Shown one piece after another: positions 1 to 7,868 of a stretch of DNA of 30,708 nt. The DNA is taken from positions 1-30,708 of the IMG/VR virus record IMGVR_UViG_3300036783_000276; one strand, written 5' to 3'. The notes under the pieces were generated by a model that worked only from the letters and a program-made list of their open reading frames with translations, had not been told where the DNA came from and made no database searches. Position 1 is the stretch's first letter. Each line of letters starts with the position of its first letter. The translations under genes were made by a program, and so were the position numbers. The stretch is from a virus. Lineage: Duplodnaviria > Caudoviricetes.

Positions 1-769
1 GCTGGGTGACGGCCGCCGCGATCGTGCCGTGCGCGGCCAGCGTGGCGTTTGCTAGCTGGGTGACCGCCGTCGCCAGCGAGCCCGCGCCGGCCAGGGTAGC
101 GGGGGCGCCCTGGGTGACGGCCGTGCTGACGGACCCGGCGGCGGCCAGCGTGGCGGGGGCGAGCTGAGCCGAGGCGGTGGCCAGGGACGCGGCGGCGGCC
201 AGCGTGGCGGGGGCGAGGAGGCTGGCGCCGGTGGTTACCGAGCCGGTCCCACCAAGGCCGCTGCCTGCCACAGCGACGGTGATGATCGAGCCCGCGCCGC
301 CCAGGGTCGCGGACCCGGCGATGTACCCGCTCGCGGAGACCGACCCGGCCCCGGCCAGGACCGCCGAGACACCCCGGATGACGGCCGAGGTGACCGAGCC
401 CGCGCCGCCCAGGGTGGTGACGGCGAGCAAGACCACGGCTGTAGCCAGCGACCCGGCGCCGCCGAGCGTCCCGCCAGAGGGCTGGACCTCGATGGTGCCG
501 ACCGACCCGGCGCCGGCCAGGGTGACGGGCACCCGCTGGACCACGGCCGTGCTGACGGCTCCGGCGCCGGCCAGGGTGACGGCCGCCTGCTGGACTGCGG
601 CCGAGGTGATGGACCCGGTTCCGGCCAGGGCGGCGGAGGTCCCCTGGGTGACGGCCGTGCTGATCGTGGCGGTCCCGGCCAGCGTCGCGACGCCCGGTGA
701 CGGGGGAGCGGTCAGGGAGGACGGCAGCAGCAACGCCTGGACGGGCTGGCTGCGGCCGAGGATGCTCAC
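1..769 (-). CDS. Putative tail fibre/minor virion protein with ~18-aa Ala/Gly/Thr repeats (runs off the left edge of the window)
   Basis: Not in the ORF track. GTG at 769 lies just after the stop of 774..2294 and reads MSILGRSQPVQALLLPSSLTAPPSPGVATLAGTATISTAVTQGTSAALAGTGSITSAAVQ..., open to position 1, with a repeated TLAGAGSVxTAVxQ unit and high GC3. Confidence 0.75.
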   Translation of the reverse strand, partial: MSILGRSQPVQALLLPSSLTAPPSPGVATLAGTATISTAVTQGTSAALAGTGSITSAAVQQAAVTLAGAGAVSTAVVQRVPVTLAGAGSVGTIEVQPSGGTLGGAGSLATAVVLLAVTTLGGAGSVTSAVIRGVSAVLAGAGSVSASGYIAGSATLGGAGSIITVAVAGSGLGGTGSVTTGASLLAPATLAAAASLATASAQLAPATLAAAGSVSTAVTQGAPATLAGAGSLATAVTQLANATLAAHGTIAAAVTQ

Positions 770-773
770 CGGG

Positions 774-2294
774 TCACCACGTCTCAGCCCGCTGCGTGGC
801 AGGCGACGGGGATTCCAGGAGCGCAGGAGCAGCCGCCGCAGCGACAGCAGGCGCGGATACCGGCCCTGAGAACGGCAGCTGGAAAGCGGCTCCGGGGAAC
901 TTTCGGCTCAGCGGCGCGAACCGGCGCGGCGGCAGGGGCTGGACAGTGCCCTGGGACGGTGCACCGGCACCAGCACCGGAAGATGACAGCTTGAACGCGG
1001 CGAACAGCGTGCCGTTCGGGCTGACGCCGCTGCCGGACACGCCGAACGAGGCGGTCTCGGCCCCGTGCGTGGAGTTGCCGTAGCCGGCCACGGCCGCGAA
1101 GTTGGCGTTCGCCATCTGGGAGTGGGCGTCCTGGGTGTACGTGGTGCTCCCGGTCGGCCCGGTGATCGTCATCGGGTGGGACTCGTTGTCGCCGTAGCCC
1201 GCGAACAGGTACTCGCTCGCTGCGGCGGAAGAGTAAGCGCCGCAGGCCTGGCTGCCGGAAGAAATCGACCCGAAGCTGGTAGCGATCGTGCCGTCCAGCA
1301 TCGCGGCGCTTGTGTTCCCGGCGGCCAGCCCGGCTACTTCCTGGATGACCATCGCGGTGAAGTTCTGGGTGGCCCGGGTGACGGTGATCGCCGGCGCGAT
1401 CCCGACGTCTCCGGCCGGGGTGTCCATCGCGAACAGCCACAGCGTGCCGTTGCTGGTGGAGTTGTTCAGGTCGATCGAGCCGAGCTGGGTGAAGCTGTTC
1501 CCGGCCGCGTCCTTGCAGGTGACGGCGCCCGACCCGCCGGTGGAGGCCAGGCAGATCAGCTTGGTGCCGGCCGACAGCGCGGATGGGTAGGTTGCCGAGA
1601 GCGCACCGGAGCCCGCGTTCGCGCCGGCCGACTGGAGGACCCTCCAGGGCTGGACTTCGACGGCGATAACCGCCCAGAAGTCGTTGCCGGACGACCAGGC
1701 GGCTGTGACGCTGCTGCCGGTGCCGGGGGCGGTACCGCCCGCACACCAGCCTGCGCCCTGTCCGCCGGCCCCGCCGAGATACCGGGAGACCAGCGGGGAG
1801 GTTGCCGAGATGAACGCCGAGCCGCAGACGGCGAACGCCGCGACCAAGCCGCTTGTGCTGGCTGTCGGGACCGCCACGGTAGGGACCGTGTTGCTGCCGT
1901 TCGCGGTAACCGATGTGCTGAACGCGCCCGCCCCGGTGAATGCGATAGACCCGCCGTTCGGGTGACCGCCGTTGGAGAACGCGACTCCGGTCCACGATGC
2001 GCTGATCGTGATGGTGCCGGTCGGCGGGTTCAGCAGCTGCCATAGCGTGATAAATCCGGCCCCGCCGGTGCCGGACTCAACCTTGCCGCCGATCTGGGTC
2101 ATCGCTACGCCGCCGGCTGTAACCCCGGTGATCGTGAACCCGCTGTCGGGGTTGTTGTCAATGCCGAACGCGACGAGGAGCGCCGTGGCGCTGCCGCCGA
2201 CAGTGTGCGTCCAGGTTGCCGGGGAGGTGGTGGTAGAGAGGCCGGCATATCCGCCGCCGCCAGCCGGGCCTACCGAGTCGAAGGCGACGGCCAC
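774..2294 (-). CDS. Putative minor virion structural protein (Gly/Ala/Ser/Thr-rich, two beta-rich modules), 506 aa
   Basis: Long ORF with GGAGGTGAGG RBS upstream; N-terminal MAVAFDSVG and the composition resemble actinophage minor tail/decoration proteins. Confidence 0.7.
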   Translation of the reverse strand: MAVAFDSVGPAGGGGYAGLSTTTSPATWTHTVGGSATALLVAFGIDNNPDSGFTITGVTAGGVAMTQIGGKVESGTGGAGFITLWQLLNPPTGTITISASWTGVAFSNGGHPNGGSIAFTGAGAFSTSVTANGSNTVPTVAVPTASTSGLVAAFAVCGSAFISATSPLVSRYLGGAGGQGAGWCAGGTAPGTGSSVTAAWSSGNDFWAVIAVEVQPWRVLQSAGANAGSGALSATYPSALSAGTKLICLASTGGSGAVTCKDAAGNSFTQLGSIDLNNSTSNGTLWLFAMDTPAGDVGIAPAITVTRATQNFTAMVIQEVAGLAAGNTSAAMLDGTIATSFGSISSGSQACGAYSSAAASEYLFAGYGDNESHPMTITGPTGSTTYTQDAHSQMANANFAAVAGYGNSTHGAETASFGVSGSGVSPNGTLFAAFKLSSSGAGAGAPSQGTVQPLPPRRFAPLSRKFPGAAFQLPFSGPVSAPAVAAAAAPALLESPSPATQRAETW

Positions 2295-2339
2295 GCTACC
2301 TCACCTCCGGGTGGCTAGTAACCCCCTGGCCAGTTCGTG

Positions 2340-2915
2340 TTACCCGATCAGCTCGGCGAAGAAATCGGTGATGGTAACGGACGGGGTGCCGGTGACGGAG
2401 GACAGCGTGATGCCGACGTCGATCTGGGTAGCGGCCTGCGTGTTGAACGTGGACACGGTGCGGGCCGCCGCCGTGATCGGCATCGGGTTCAGCGATGCGG
2501 CTCCGGTCAGGCCGACGTTGCCCCACCAGTGCACCTCGCCGTGGCCGTGCAGGACGCCGTTAGCCGAGACGCCGGTGGCCAGCGAGCGGAAGGTCCCGTT
2601 GTAGACCATCGTGAACGGCCAGGCGACCGCAGACGCCGATATCGCCAGGCCGGTCGTCGCGCATATGGCGGTCTCGGAACCGATCGCAGCCGCCAGCGCC
2701 CCGAAGTAGAACCCGAGGGTGCACGTCGGGGTGGCCGATGTGGAGGTGATCTCGCCGTGCGCCCGCAGCCGCAGCCGCGCCCCGGGCTGGTAGATGCCGC
2801 CCGGGAGCACCGGGAATTCGGTGCCGATCAGGCCGGATGTCAGCGCGGCGGCGGTAACCGCCGTGCCGGCCGCGTTCTGCTGGGGCTGGAGCGGGAACGC
2901 CCACAGGGTTGCCAT
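2340..2915 (-). CDS. Putative virion structural protein, 191 aa
   Basis: Start coupled to the upstream stop (TAATG at 2915); beta-rich composition; operon context. Confidence 0.7.
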   Translation of the reverse strand: MATLWAFPLQPQQNAAGTAVTAAALTSGLIGTEFPVLPGGIYQPGARLRLRAHGEITSTSATPTCTLGFYFGALAAAIGSETAICATTGLAISASAVAWPFTMVYNGTFRSLATGVSANGVLHGHGEVHWWGNVGLTGAASLNPMPITAAARTVSTFNTQAATQIDVGITLSSVTGTPSVTITDFFAELIG

Positions 2916-3178
2916 TACGCTGCCACTCCCCAGGCGGTCAGCCAGCCCGCGTCGTTAGATACCCCGGCCGGGATAGTGACCACGGTGCCCGAGGGGGACA
3001 GGACGACGGTGCCGACTACTGTCGTGCCGATCAGCGTCGCCGTCTTGACGGCCAGGAACCATGTGCCCAGGTCCACGGTGTCACCTGCGGTCATCTTCTT
3101 TATAGCGAACACGGCGGCCTTGTCGGCGTCGCCGTCCTGCCAGGCCAGGACCACCTGGTTCCCTGCTAGCGCTGCCAT
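2915..3178 (-). CDS. Small putative virion protein (MAALAGNQVVLAWQDGDADK...), 87 aa; also the C-terminal part of the 246-aa read-through ORF
   Basis: ATG at 3178 preceded by an AGGAG RBS; ends at a TAA overlapping the next ATG. Confidence 0.65.
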   Translation of the reverse strand: MAALAGNQVVLAWQDGDADKAAVFAIKKMTAGDTVDLGTWFLAVKTATLIGTTVVGTVVLSPSGTVVTIPAGVSNDAGWLTAWGVAA

Positions 3179-3655
3179 TACGTCTCCTAACTCAACCCAG
3201 GAACAGTTGAATGCGCAGTTCGGGTTCACCCCGGCCGGCGTGGAGACCAGCAGCGCCGTCCACACCGTCGAACCCGGCAGCAGGTAGTCCTCCCGGGACA
3301 GCGGGTACTGGATCAGCACTCCCGCAGCCGGGTTGAAGTACCACGTCTTGACCGGCACGAACGTCCCGCCCGACTGGGTGATCGGGGGGATGAAGGCGCT
3401 GAACGCGGAGGCCGTGGACTGGGCGGCGGCCGAGAGCTTGTTCGGGGTGTAGGAGGTCAGGGTCGGGATGTTGGTCGCGTTCCGGGCCAGCTGCACCTTG
3501 ATCCCGGCCGCCGAGGCGGCTGCGTCGAAGGTCACGTCCAGCCAGGTGATCACCCCGTCCGTGTTCGCGCCGCCGGACACGAGGCCGAACACCACCTGGT
3601 TGGGGGTGTTGGCGACGGTGGCGAACGATCCGGTGATCCCGAAGACCGCGCCCAC
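3178..3655 (-). CDS. Putative virion protein (MGAVFGITGSF...FNCSWVE), ~155 aa; ends at a TTA junction and is fused in frame to the next gene if TTA is decoded
   Basis: ORF-track entry 2915..3655 looks like two genes joined by GAG TTA GGA GAC GTA ATG; TAG (3187-3189) and TAA (3178-3180) lie in the +1 frame. Confidence 0.6.
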
Positions 3656-3658
3656 GGC

Positions 3659-4105
3659 TCAGAAGCCGCCAGCGCTGATGGCCTGGGCGGCGACCTGGAA
3701 CGTGTTGCCCACCGCGACGCCGATCGGCTGCCCGTTCCAGTTGCCGTACCAGACCCGGGTCGCCGAGCCGTCCGTCAGCTCCAGCGAGACGATGTTCCAG
3801 GCGCCGCCGGACCCGTTCGTCCAGGAGAACGCCGTGGTCTTCGGCAGCAGCACGTTCGACCCGGAGGCGCTGGCCTGGGTGGTGGCGATGTCGGAGAACG
3901 CGGTGCCCCCGGCGGTGTAGCCGGTGCCGGTCAGCTCAGTGCCGGAGGCCGCCCCGGTGCTGGCCGTGCTGGTGAGCTTCAGCTTCATCGCCGAGGCGGC
4001 CAGGGCGGTCAGCTGGGTGCCCGGATACCCGGCGGTGGCGCCGACCGGGAGGTTGGCGTTGAGCATGAGCGAGGAGCGGGTCTGGTCGATCGCGGTCTGC
4101 GCCAT
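3659..4105 (-). CDS. Putative minor tail protein, 148 aa
   Basis: GTELTGTGY and WYG...GNTF motifs resemble a widespread small phage tail-associated family; operon context. Confidence 0.65.
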   Translation of the reverse strand: MAQTAIDQTRSSLMLNANLPVGATAGYPGTQLTALAASAMKLKLTSTASTGAASGTELTGTGYTAGGTAFSDIATTQASASGSNVLLPKTTAFSWTNGSGGAWNIVSLELTDGSATRVWYGNWNGQPIGVAVGNTFQVAAQAISAGGF

Positions 4106-4106
4106 G

Positions 4107-4568
4107 TCAGGCCCCCGTCCCTACGGGCGTGATCTGCGCCGATCCCGGGAGCATGGTGATGATCAGCGGGCGGCAGACCGTGCAGCCGGGCACGTCCTTG
4201 TGGTGGTGGCCGCCGGGGCACGGCGGGACCCCCGTGGCCGGGTCGAACTGCGGGTGGAGCACGTCCGGGACGCCGCCGCGCCAGACCCGGCACTTACCGG
4301 GCTCGGGGCAGGGCGCGTCGTCGTGGCCGCCGGGGCAGGCGTTGGCGGCGGCGGCGTGGTCGTGGTCTTCGGAGCAGCAGCCCGAGCCCGGCGGGCAGAC
4401 GAGGTTGGCGTCCAGGTTGGCGTGCGAGCACTCGGGGTGGTGCTGGCCGACATTGGCGGCGTGGCCCGGCGGGCAGGAGCACTCCAGGAAAACCTGGGAC
4501 TGGCAGCCAGGGCAGAACAGCTGGATCAAGGCGATCGAGGCTTTCCGGGGAAGGATCTCCCGGCTCAC
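4107..4568 (-). CDS. Cys/His-rich putative metal-binding protein, 153 aa
   Basis: CPGC, CSC, HHPECSH, CCSEDHDH, HHH and CTVC motifs; abuts the next gene. Confidence 0.65.
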   Translation of the reverse strand: MSREILPRKASIALIQLFCPGCQSQVFLECSCPPGHAANVGQHHPECSHANLDANLVCPPGSGCCSEDHDHAAAANACPGGHDDAPCPEPGKCRVWRGGVPDVLHPQFDPATGVPPCPGGHHHKDVPGCTVCRPLIITMLPGSAQITPVGTGA

Positions 4569-4652
4569 TCGCTCGCTGAAAGCGCCAAGAATGCCGCAGG
4601 CTTACCGCAAAGATTACCGCAGGCAGAGCCCAGGTACCTAAGGCATCAGGGG

Positions 4653-4783
4653 GCTGCCGCCGGACACGGACGCAGGCGGGGTCCGGGCCTGCTTGCCGGC
4701 AACGGGTTCCCGGGCAGTGGACGGGAACCTGTTCCGGCCCGTCCGTGCCCGGGGTGTGGCAGCTACGGCCGCAAAGCTGTTCT
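4653..4783 (-). ncRNA. Putative structured cis-regulatory RNA (three-way junction) sharing its 5' motif with the capsid leader
   Basis: Minus-strand pairings GCTGCC/GGCAGC and CGGGCACGGAC/GTCCGTGTCCG, hairpin GCCGG-AAC-GGTTCCCG/CGGGAACC-GTT-CCGGC, hairpin GCAGGC/GCCTGC. Confidence 0.5.
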
Positions 4784-4785
4784 CG

Positions 4786-5370
4786 TCAACCTACCAGCCG
4801 GTGGTCGGCGTGTCCGGGCTTCATGTAAATGCCGCGCCGGGCGTCCTGGTCATCGAGCACGGGGAACCAGCCAGGCGGCGGGTTCTCCAGGTTGGCGCAG
4901 ATCACGACCGCTCCCGGGGCGGTGTCGCGCCAGACCTTGGCCTCGATCTGGGCCTGGATCCCGGCGTCCCGCGCGACCCGGTTGAACCAGGTGACCTGGG
5001 CCAGGCCGTAGCCGGGGTAGCTGCCCGCGTCGGCGACCGTGGCCCGCAGCCCGAGCGAGCAGGCGGCGGCCACGTACTCCGGCACCCGGTCGAAGCCGAG
5101 GATGTCCAGCCCGAAGATGTCCCGGGCGATCAGCAGCTCGGGGCCGGGCCCGCAGCCCACATCGAGGAACCGGACATTCTCGTCCGGGCCGGGTTCGTAC
5201 CCGTCGATCGCCTGGGCCAGCAGCCCGGTGAACTCGCCGGTGTTGAACGGCATCCACGAGGTGTAGAGCCTGCGGCTGACCGGATCCTGGACCACCTTGC
5301 CCTGCCACTCGCGGGCCAGCTGCGAGGCCCGGTGCATGGTGGCGGCGACGACGGAGGCCCGGGTGGTCAC
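4786..5370 (-). CDS. Class I SAM-dependent methyltransferase, 194 aa
   Basis: Motif I FLDVGCGPG, followed by GFD and VADA. Confidence 0.85.
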   Translation of the reverse strand: MTTRASVVAATMHRASQLAREWQGKVVQDPVSRRLYTSWMPFNTGEFTGLLAQAIDGYEPGPDENVRFLDVGCGPGPELLIARDIFGLDILGFDRVPEYVAAACSLGLRATVADAGSYPGYGLAQVTWFNRVARDAGIQAQIEAKVWRDTAPGAVVICANLENPPPGWFPVLDDQDARRGIYMKPGHADHRLVG

Positions 5371-5510
5371 TACTCCTCCCCGGCGGGAGGCCCGGTATCT
5401 CCCTCCGGCCGTTCCGGGGCGGCCTCCCCGGGCTTCACGCGGTCCCAGTCGGGCTTGCGCCCTCCCCTGGTCTCCGTCGCTGGCTGCGCCGGGTCTCCGG
5501 CCTTGTTCAT
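5370..5510 (-). CDS. Small hypothetical protein, 46 aa (MNKAGDPAQ...)
   Basis: GGAGG RBS before ATG 5510; TAG overlaps the GTG of the methyltransferase. Confidence 0.55.
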   Translation of the reverse strand: MNKAGDPAQPATETRGGRKPDWDRVKPGEAAPERPEGDTGPPAGEE

Positions 5511-5539
5511 GCGATCCTCCCTTGCTGTTCCCCCACGGA

Positions 5540-5869
5540 TCAGCCTGGCTGCTTCAGGACATAGTAGGGCCGGTTCAGGTTGGCTCCGCTGGTCCTGCGG
5601 ACATCCACGATATAGACGCACGGGGCCTCCAGGCCAGGGAACCCGCTGAACCGGACGAGCGCGTCGATCCAGGTTCCCGGGCTGGCCGGGGAGACCGTGA
5701 CGAGCGGCCCGCCGTCATGGCCGTAGCTGTCCAGGGCGGCGCTGTCCATCCACAGCTCCGGGCCGCCGATCCCGCCGGGCGCCTCATCCGGGATCCACCA
5801 CCAGCCCCAGCGGCCCCGGTGGTTATCCTGGCGTGCGTCAGCCGCCTCGTGCCTGGCAGTAACGGTCAC
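5540..5869 (-). CDS. Hypothetical protein, 109 aa
   Basis: ORF fills the operon gap with plausible codon usage. Confidence 0.55.
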   Translation of the reverse strand: MTVTARHEAADARQDNHRGRWGWWWIPDEAPGGIGGPELWMDSAALDSYGHDGGPLVTVSPASPGTWIDALVRFSGFPGLEAPCVYIVDVRRTSGANLNRPYYVLKQPG

Positions 5870-5878
5870 CAGAGCAGG

Positions 5879-6253
5879 CTACCCCCGGCTGATGATGGCC
5901 CACACGGCGGACTGCGAGATGCCGAACCTGACGGCCGCCTGCCGGGTGGTCAGGCCCTGCACCCGGCAGGCGACGATCACCTGGGCGCGGAGTTCCGGGC
6001 CGATCAGCCGCCGGCCCGGCCCCGGGAGGACGGTGAAGACGGTGACCGGGCTCCCGTCCGGGCCGGCGTCGAACCGGGTCAGCACCGCGTGCGCCCTCAC
6101 GCCGTAACGGCGGGCGTGCGCCCGGACCCGCTGGCGCACCCGGAGCCGGGGCTTCCCTTCCTCCAGCCGCCCGGGGACGACCAGCTCGGCCACGGGCTCC
6201 CGGCCGGAGGTGACGGCGAGGACGGCCGCGTACGGCACGGTCGTCTGGTACAT
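5879..6253 (-). CDS. Hypothetical protein with C-terminal helix-turn-helix, 124 aa
   Basis: ATG 6253 after AGGGGGA; C-terminal GLTTRQAAVRFGISQSAVWAII is a typical HTH. Confidence 0.65.
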   Translation of the reverse strand: MYQTTVPYAAVLAVTSGREPVAELVVPGRLEEGKPRLRVRQRVRAHARRYGVRAHAVLTRFDAGPDGSPVTVFTVLPGPGRRLIGPELRAQVIVACRVQGLTTRQAAVRFGISQSAVWAIISRG

Positions 6254-6395
6254 CGATCCCCCTGGACCTGGCTGGCGTCGCGTCCTACGATAACCAGTGG
6301 CCGTGCTCGCCGGCCCGCATCGAATCCTCCAGCGGGGATGAGACAAGGGGCGCCGCCCCAGCGAGCGCCACTCCCTCCCGCGCTACGCTGGGCCC

Positions 6396-7520
6396 ATGCC
6401 ACTGCCAGCATCCGCTTTCCCCCTGCGCACGTCCGGCCCGGAGATCCTCGGCGCGGACGGCTCGGCTGTCCGGCTGGCCGGGGTGAACTGGGGCGGCGGC
6501 GAGCAGGACGAGTGCGTCCCGTACGGGCTGGACAAGCTGCACCGGTCCGAGATCATCAGCCGGATCGCCGGCTGGGGGCTCAACCACGTCCGGCTCCCGT
6601 TCGCGGTCGCCGGGTTCGTCAACGCCGACAGCACGCCCCGGACCGCCCCGGCGCCGCTGGCCCGGACCAGCGCCAACCCGGACCTCCAGGGCCTGACCCC
6701 GTGGGGCATCTACCAGGTCCTGGTGAATGACCTCACCGAGGCCAGGCTGTACGTGGTCGCCGACCAGCACATGATCACCGCCGGGTGGTGCTGCTCCGGC
6801 GCGGACGGGAACGGGCTGTGGTACGCCACGTACTGGCCGCCCACCGCGTTCATCAGTGCCTGGAAGCTGGTGGCCACCCGGTTCGCGGCCAACCCGAGGG
6901 TCGGCTACGACATCCACAACGAGCCCCGCGCCACCACGGTCAGCGGGAAGACGGTCACGCCCACCTGGGGCGACGGGAACGGCTGGACCGACTTCCGGCA
7001 CATGTACGCCGACATGGCCGGCAAGATCCGCGCGATCGACCCGGACTGCCTGATCTTCTGCGAGGGCCTGAACTACGCCAGCGACCTGACCGGCTGGAAG
7101 GCGCACCCGGTGACCGGCCCGGGGATCGTCGCCTCCGTCCACGACTACTCCTGGTTCCACCCGGCCGGCCAGTCCGTCACGGACTACTACGCCCAGATGG
7201 ACGCGAACGCCGGGTACCTGGTCCAGCAGGGCACCGTCCCGTTGTGGGTGGGCGAGTTCGGCGCGGACACCGACGCCGCCGACGCGGCCCGGACCGCCGG
7301 CTGGCTGCCGCAGTTCATCTCCTGGGCCGCCGCCCGGGGCGTGCACTGGTGCTGGTGGGAGCTGAACGCGACCGGCGTCAAGGGCACCGAGCCGGTCACC
7401 AACACGCCGAAGGTCGCGGCCGGCGCGCGGGAGTCGTTCGGGCTGATCTCCGGGTACGACTGGCTCGGCAGCCAGGTGAACATCCTGGGCCAGCTCGCCC
7501 CGATCATGCCGGCGCCATGA
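6396..7520 (+). CDS. Glycoside hydrolase family 5 (cellulase family A), 374 aa
   Basis: GVNWGG, NHVRLPF, catalytic YDIHNEP, VHDY, nucleophile WVGEFG and WCWW motifs; TACGCT -10 box 6 nt before ATG. Confidence 0.9.
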   Translation: MPLPASAFPLRTSGPEILGADGSAVRLAGVNWGGGEQDECVPYGLDKLHRSEIISRIAGWGLNHVRLPFAVAGFVNADSTPRTAPAPLARTSANPDLQGLTPWGIYQVLVNDLTEARLYVVADQHMITAGWCCSGADGNGLWYATYWPPTAFISAWKLVATRFAANPRVGYDIHNEPRATTVSGKTVTPTWGDGNGWTDFRHMYADMAGKIRAIDPDCLIFCEGLNYASDLTGWKAHPVTGPGIVASVHDYSWFHPAGQSVTDYYAQMDANAGYLVQQGTVPLWVGEFGADTDAADAARTAGWLPQFISWAAARGVHWCWWELNATGVKGTEPVTNTPKVAAGARESFGLISGYDWLGSQVNILGQLAPIMPAP

Positions 7521-7619
7521 TCTGGTACGAGCTGAACACGCTGGCCGGGCTGTGGGTCCCGGCCGCCGCCGGGTGCGGCTGGCTGGCCTGGATGCTCGTG
7601 CGCAACCGGACCCGGTTAG
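7517..7619 (+). CDS. Small membrane peptide (MIWYELNTLAGLWVPAAAGCGWLAWMLVRNRTR), 33 aa up to a TTA-G junction
   Basis: ATGA coupling to GH5; hydrophobic; in-frame TTA at 7616-7618 with TAG in the +1 frame; otherwise it reads on antisense to the next gene up to 7786. Confidence 0.4.
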
Positions 7620-7789
7620 GGCACCCGGTTGCGGTCCCGCGCGCCGTAGTGGCGGCGGCTGCGCATCCGGCGGGTGAGCAGCCAGGTCGCGACCTTGGCC
7701 CGCAGCCAGGGCTGCCTGATGATCCAGCGGCCGAGAAGGACGCCCGCTCCCGCTGCCGCGACGCAGGCCAGGACGATCCAGGGTGACAT
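7616..7789 (-). CDS. Small membrane protein, 57 aa (MSPWIVLACVAAAGAGVLLGRWIIRQ...)
   Basis: Not in the ORF track; TACCCT -10 box 6 nt before ATG; N-terminal TM helix and basic tail; TAA stop. Confidence 0.55.
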   Translation of the reverse strand: MSPWIVLACVAAAGAGVLLGRWIIRQPWLRAKVATWLLTRRMRSRRHYGARDRNRVP

Positions 7790-7868
7790 GCTTCCAGGGT
7801 ACGGCGGGGCCCCCGTGCGTTACTACGCTCCAGGGGCCCCGTGATCCCGGCGCGGGACACCGGTCACG

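Noticed and set aside
4612-4620. GATTACCGC matches the extra bases at the first portal TTA site (opposite strand)
   Set aside because: A 9-nt match in 30 kb is compatible with chance, and no mechanism is apparent.
7805-7841. GGGGCCCC-based hairpin downstream of the GT4 gene
   Set aside because: Plausible terminator, but GC-rich palindromes are common here and there is no U-tract.
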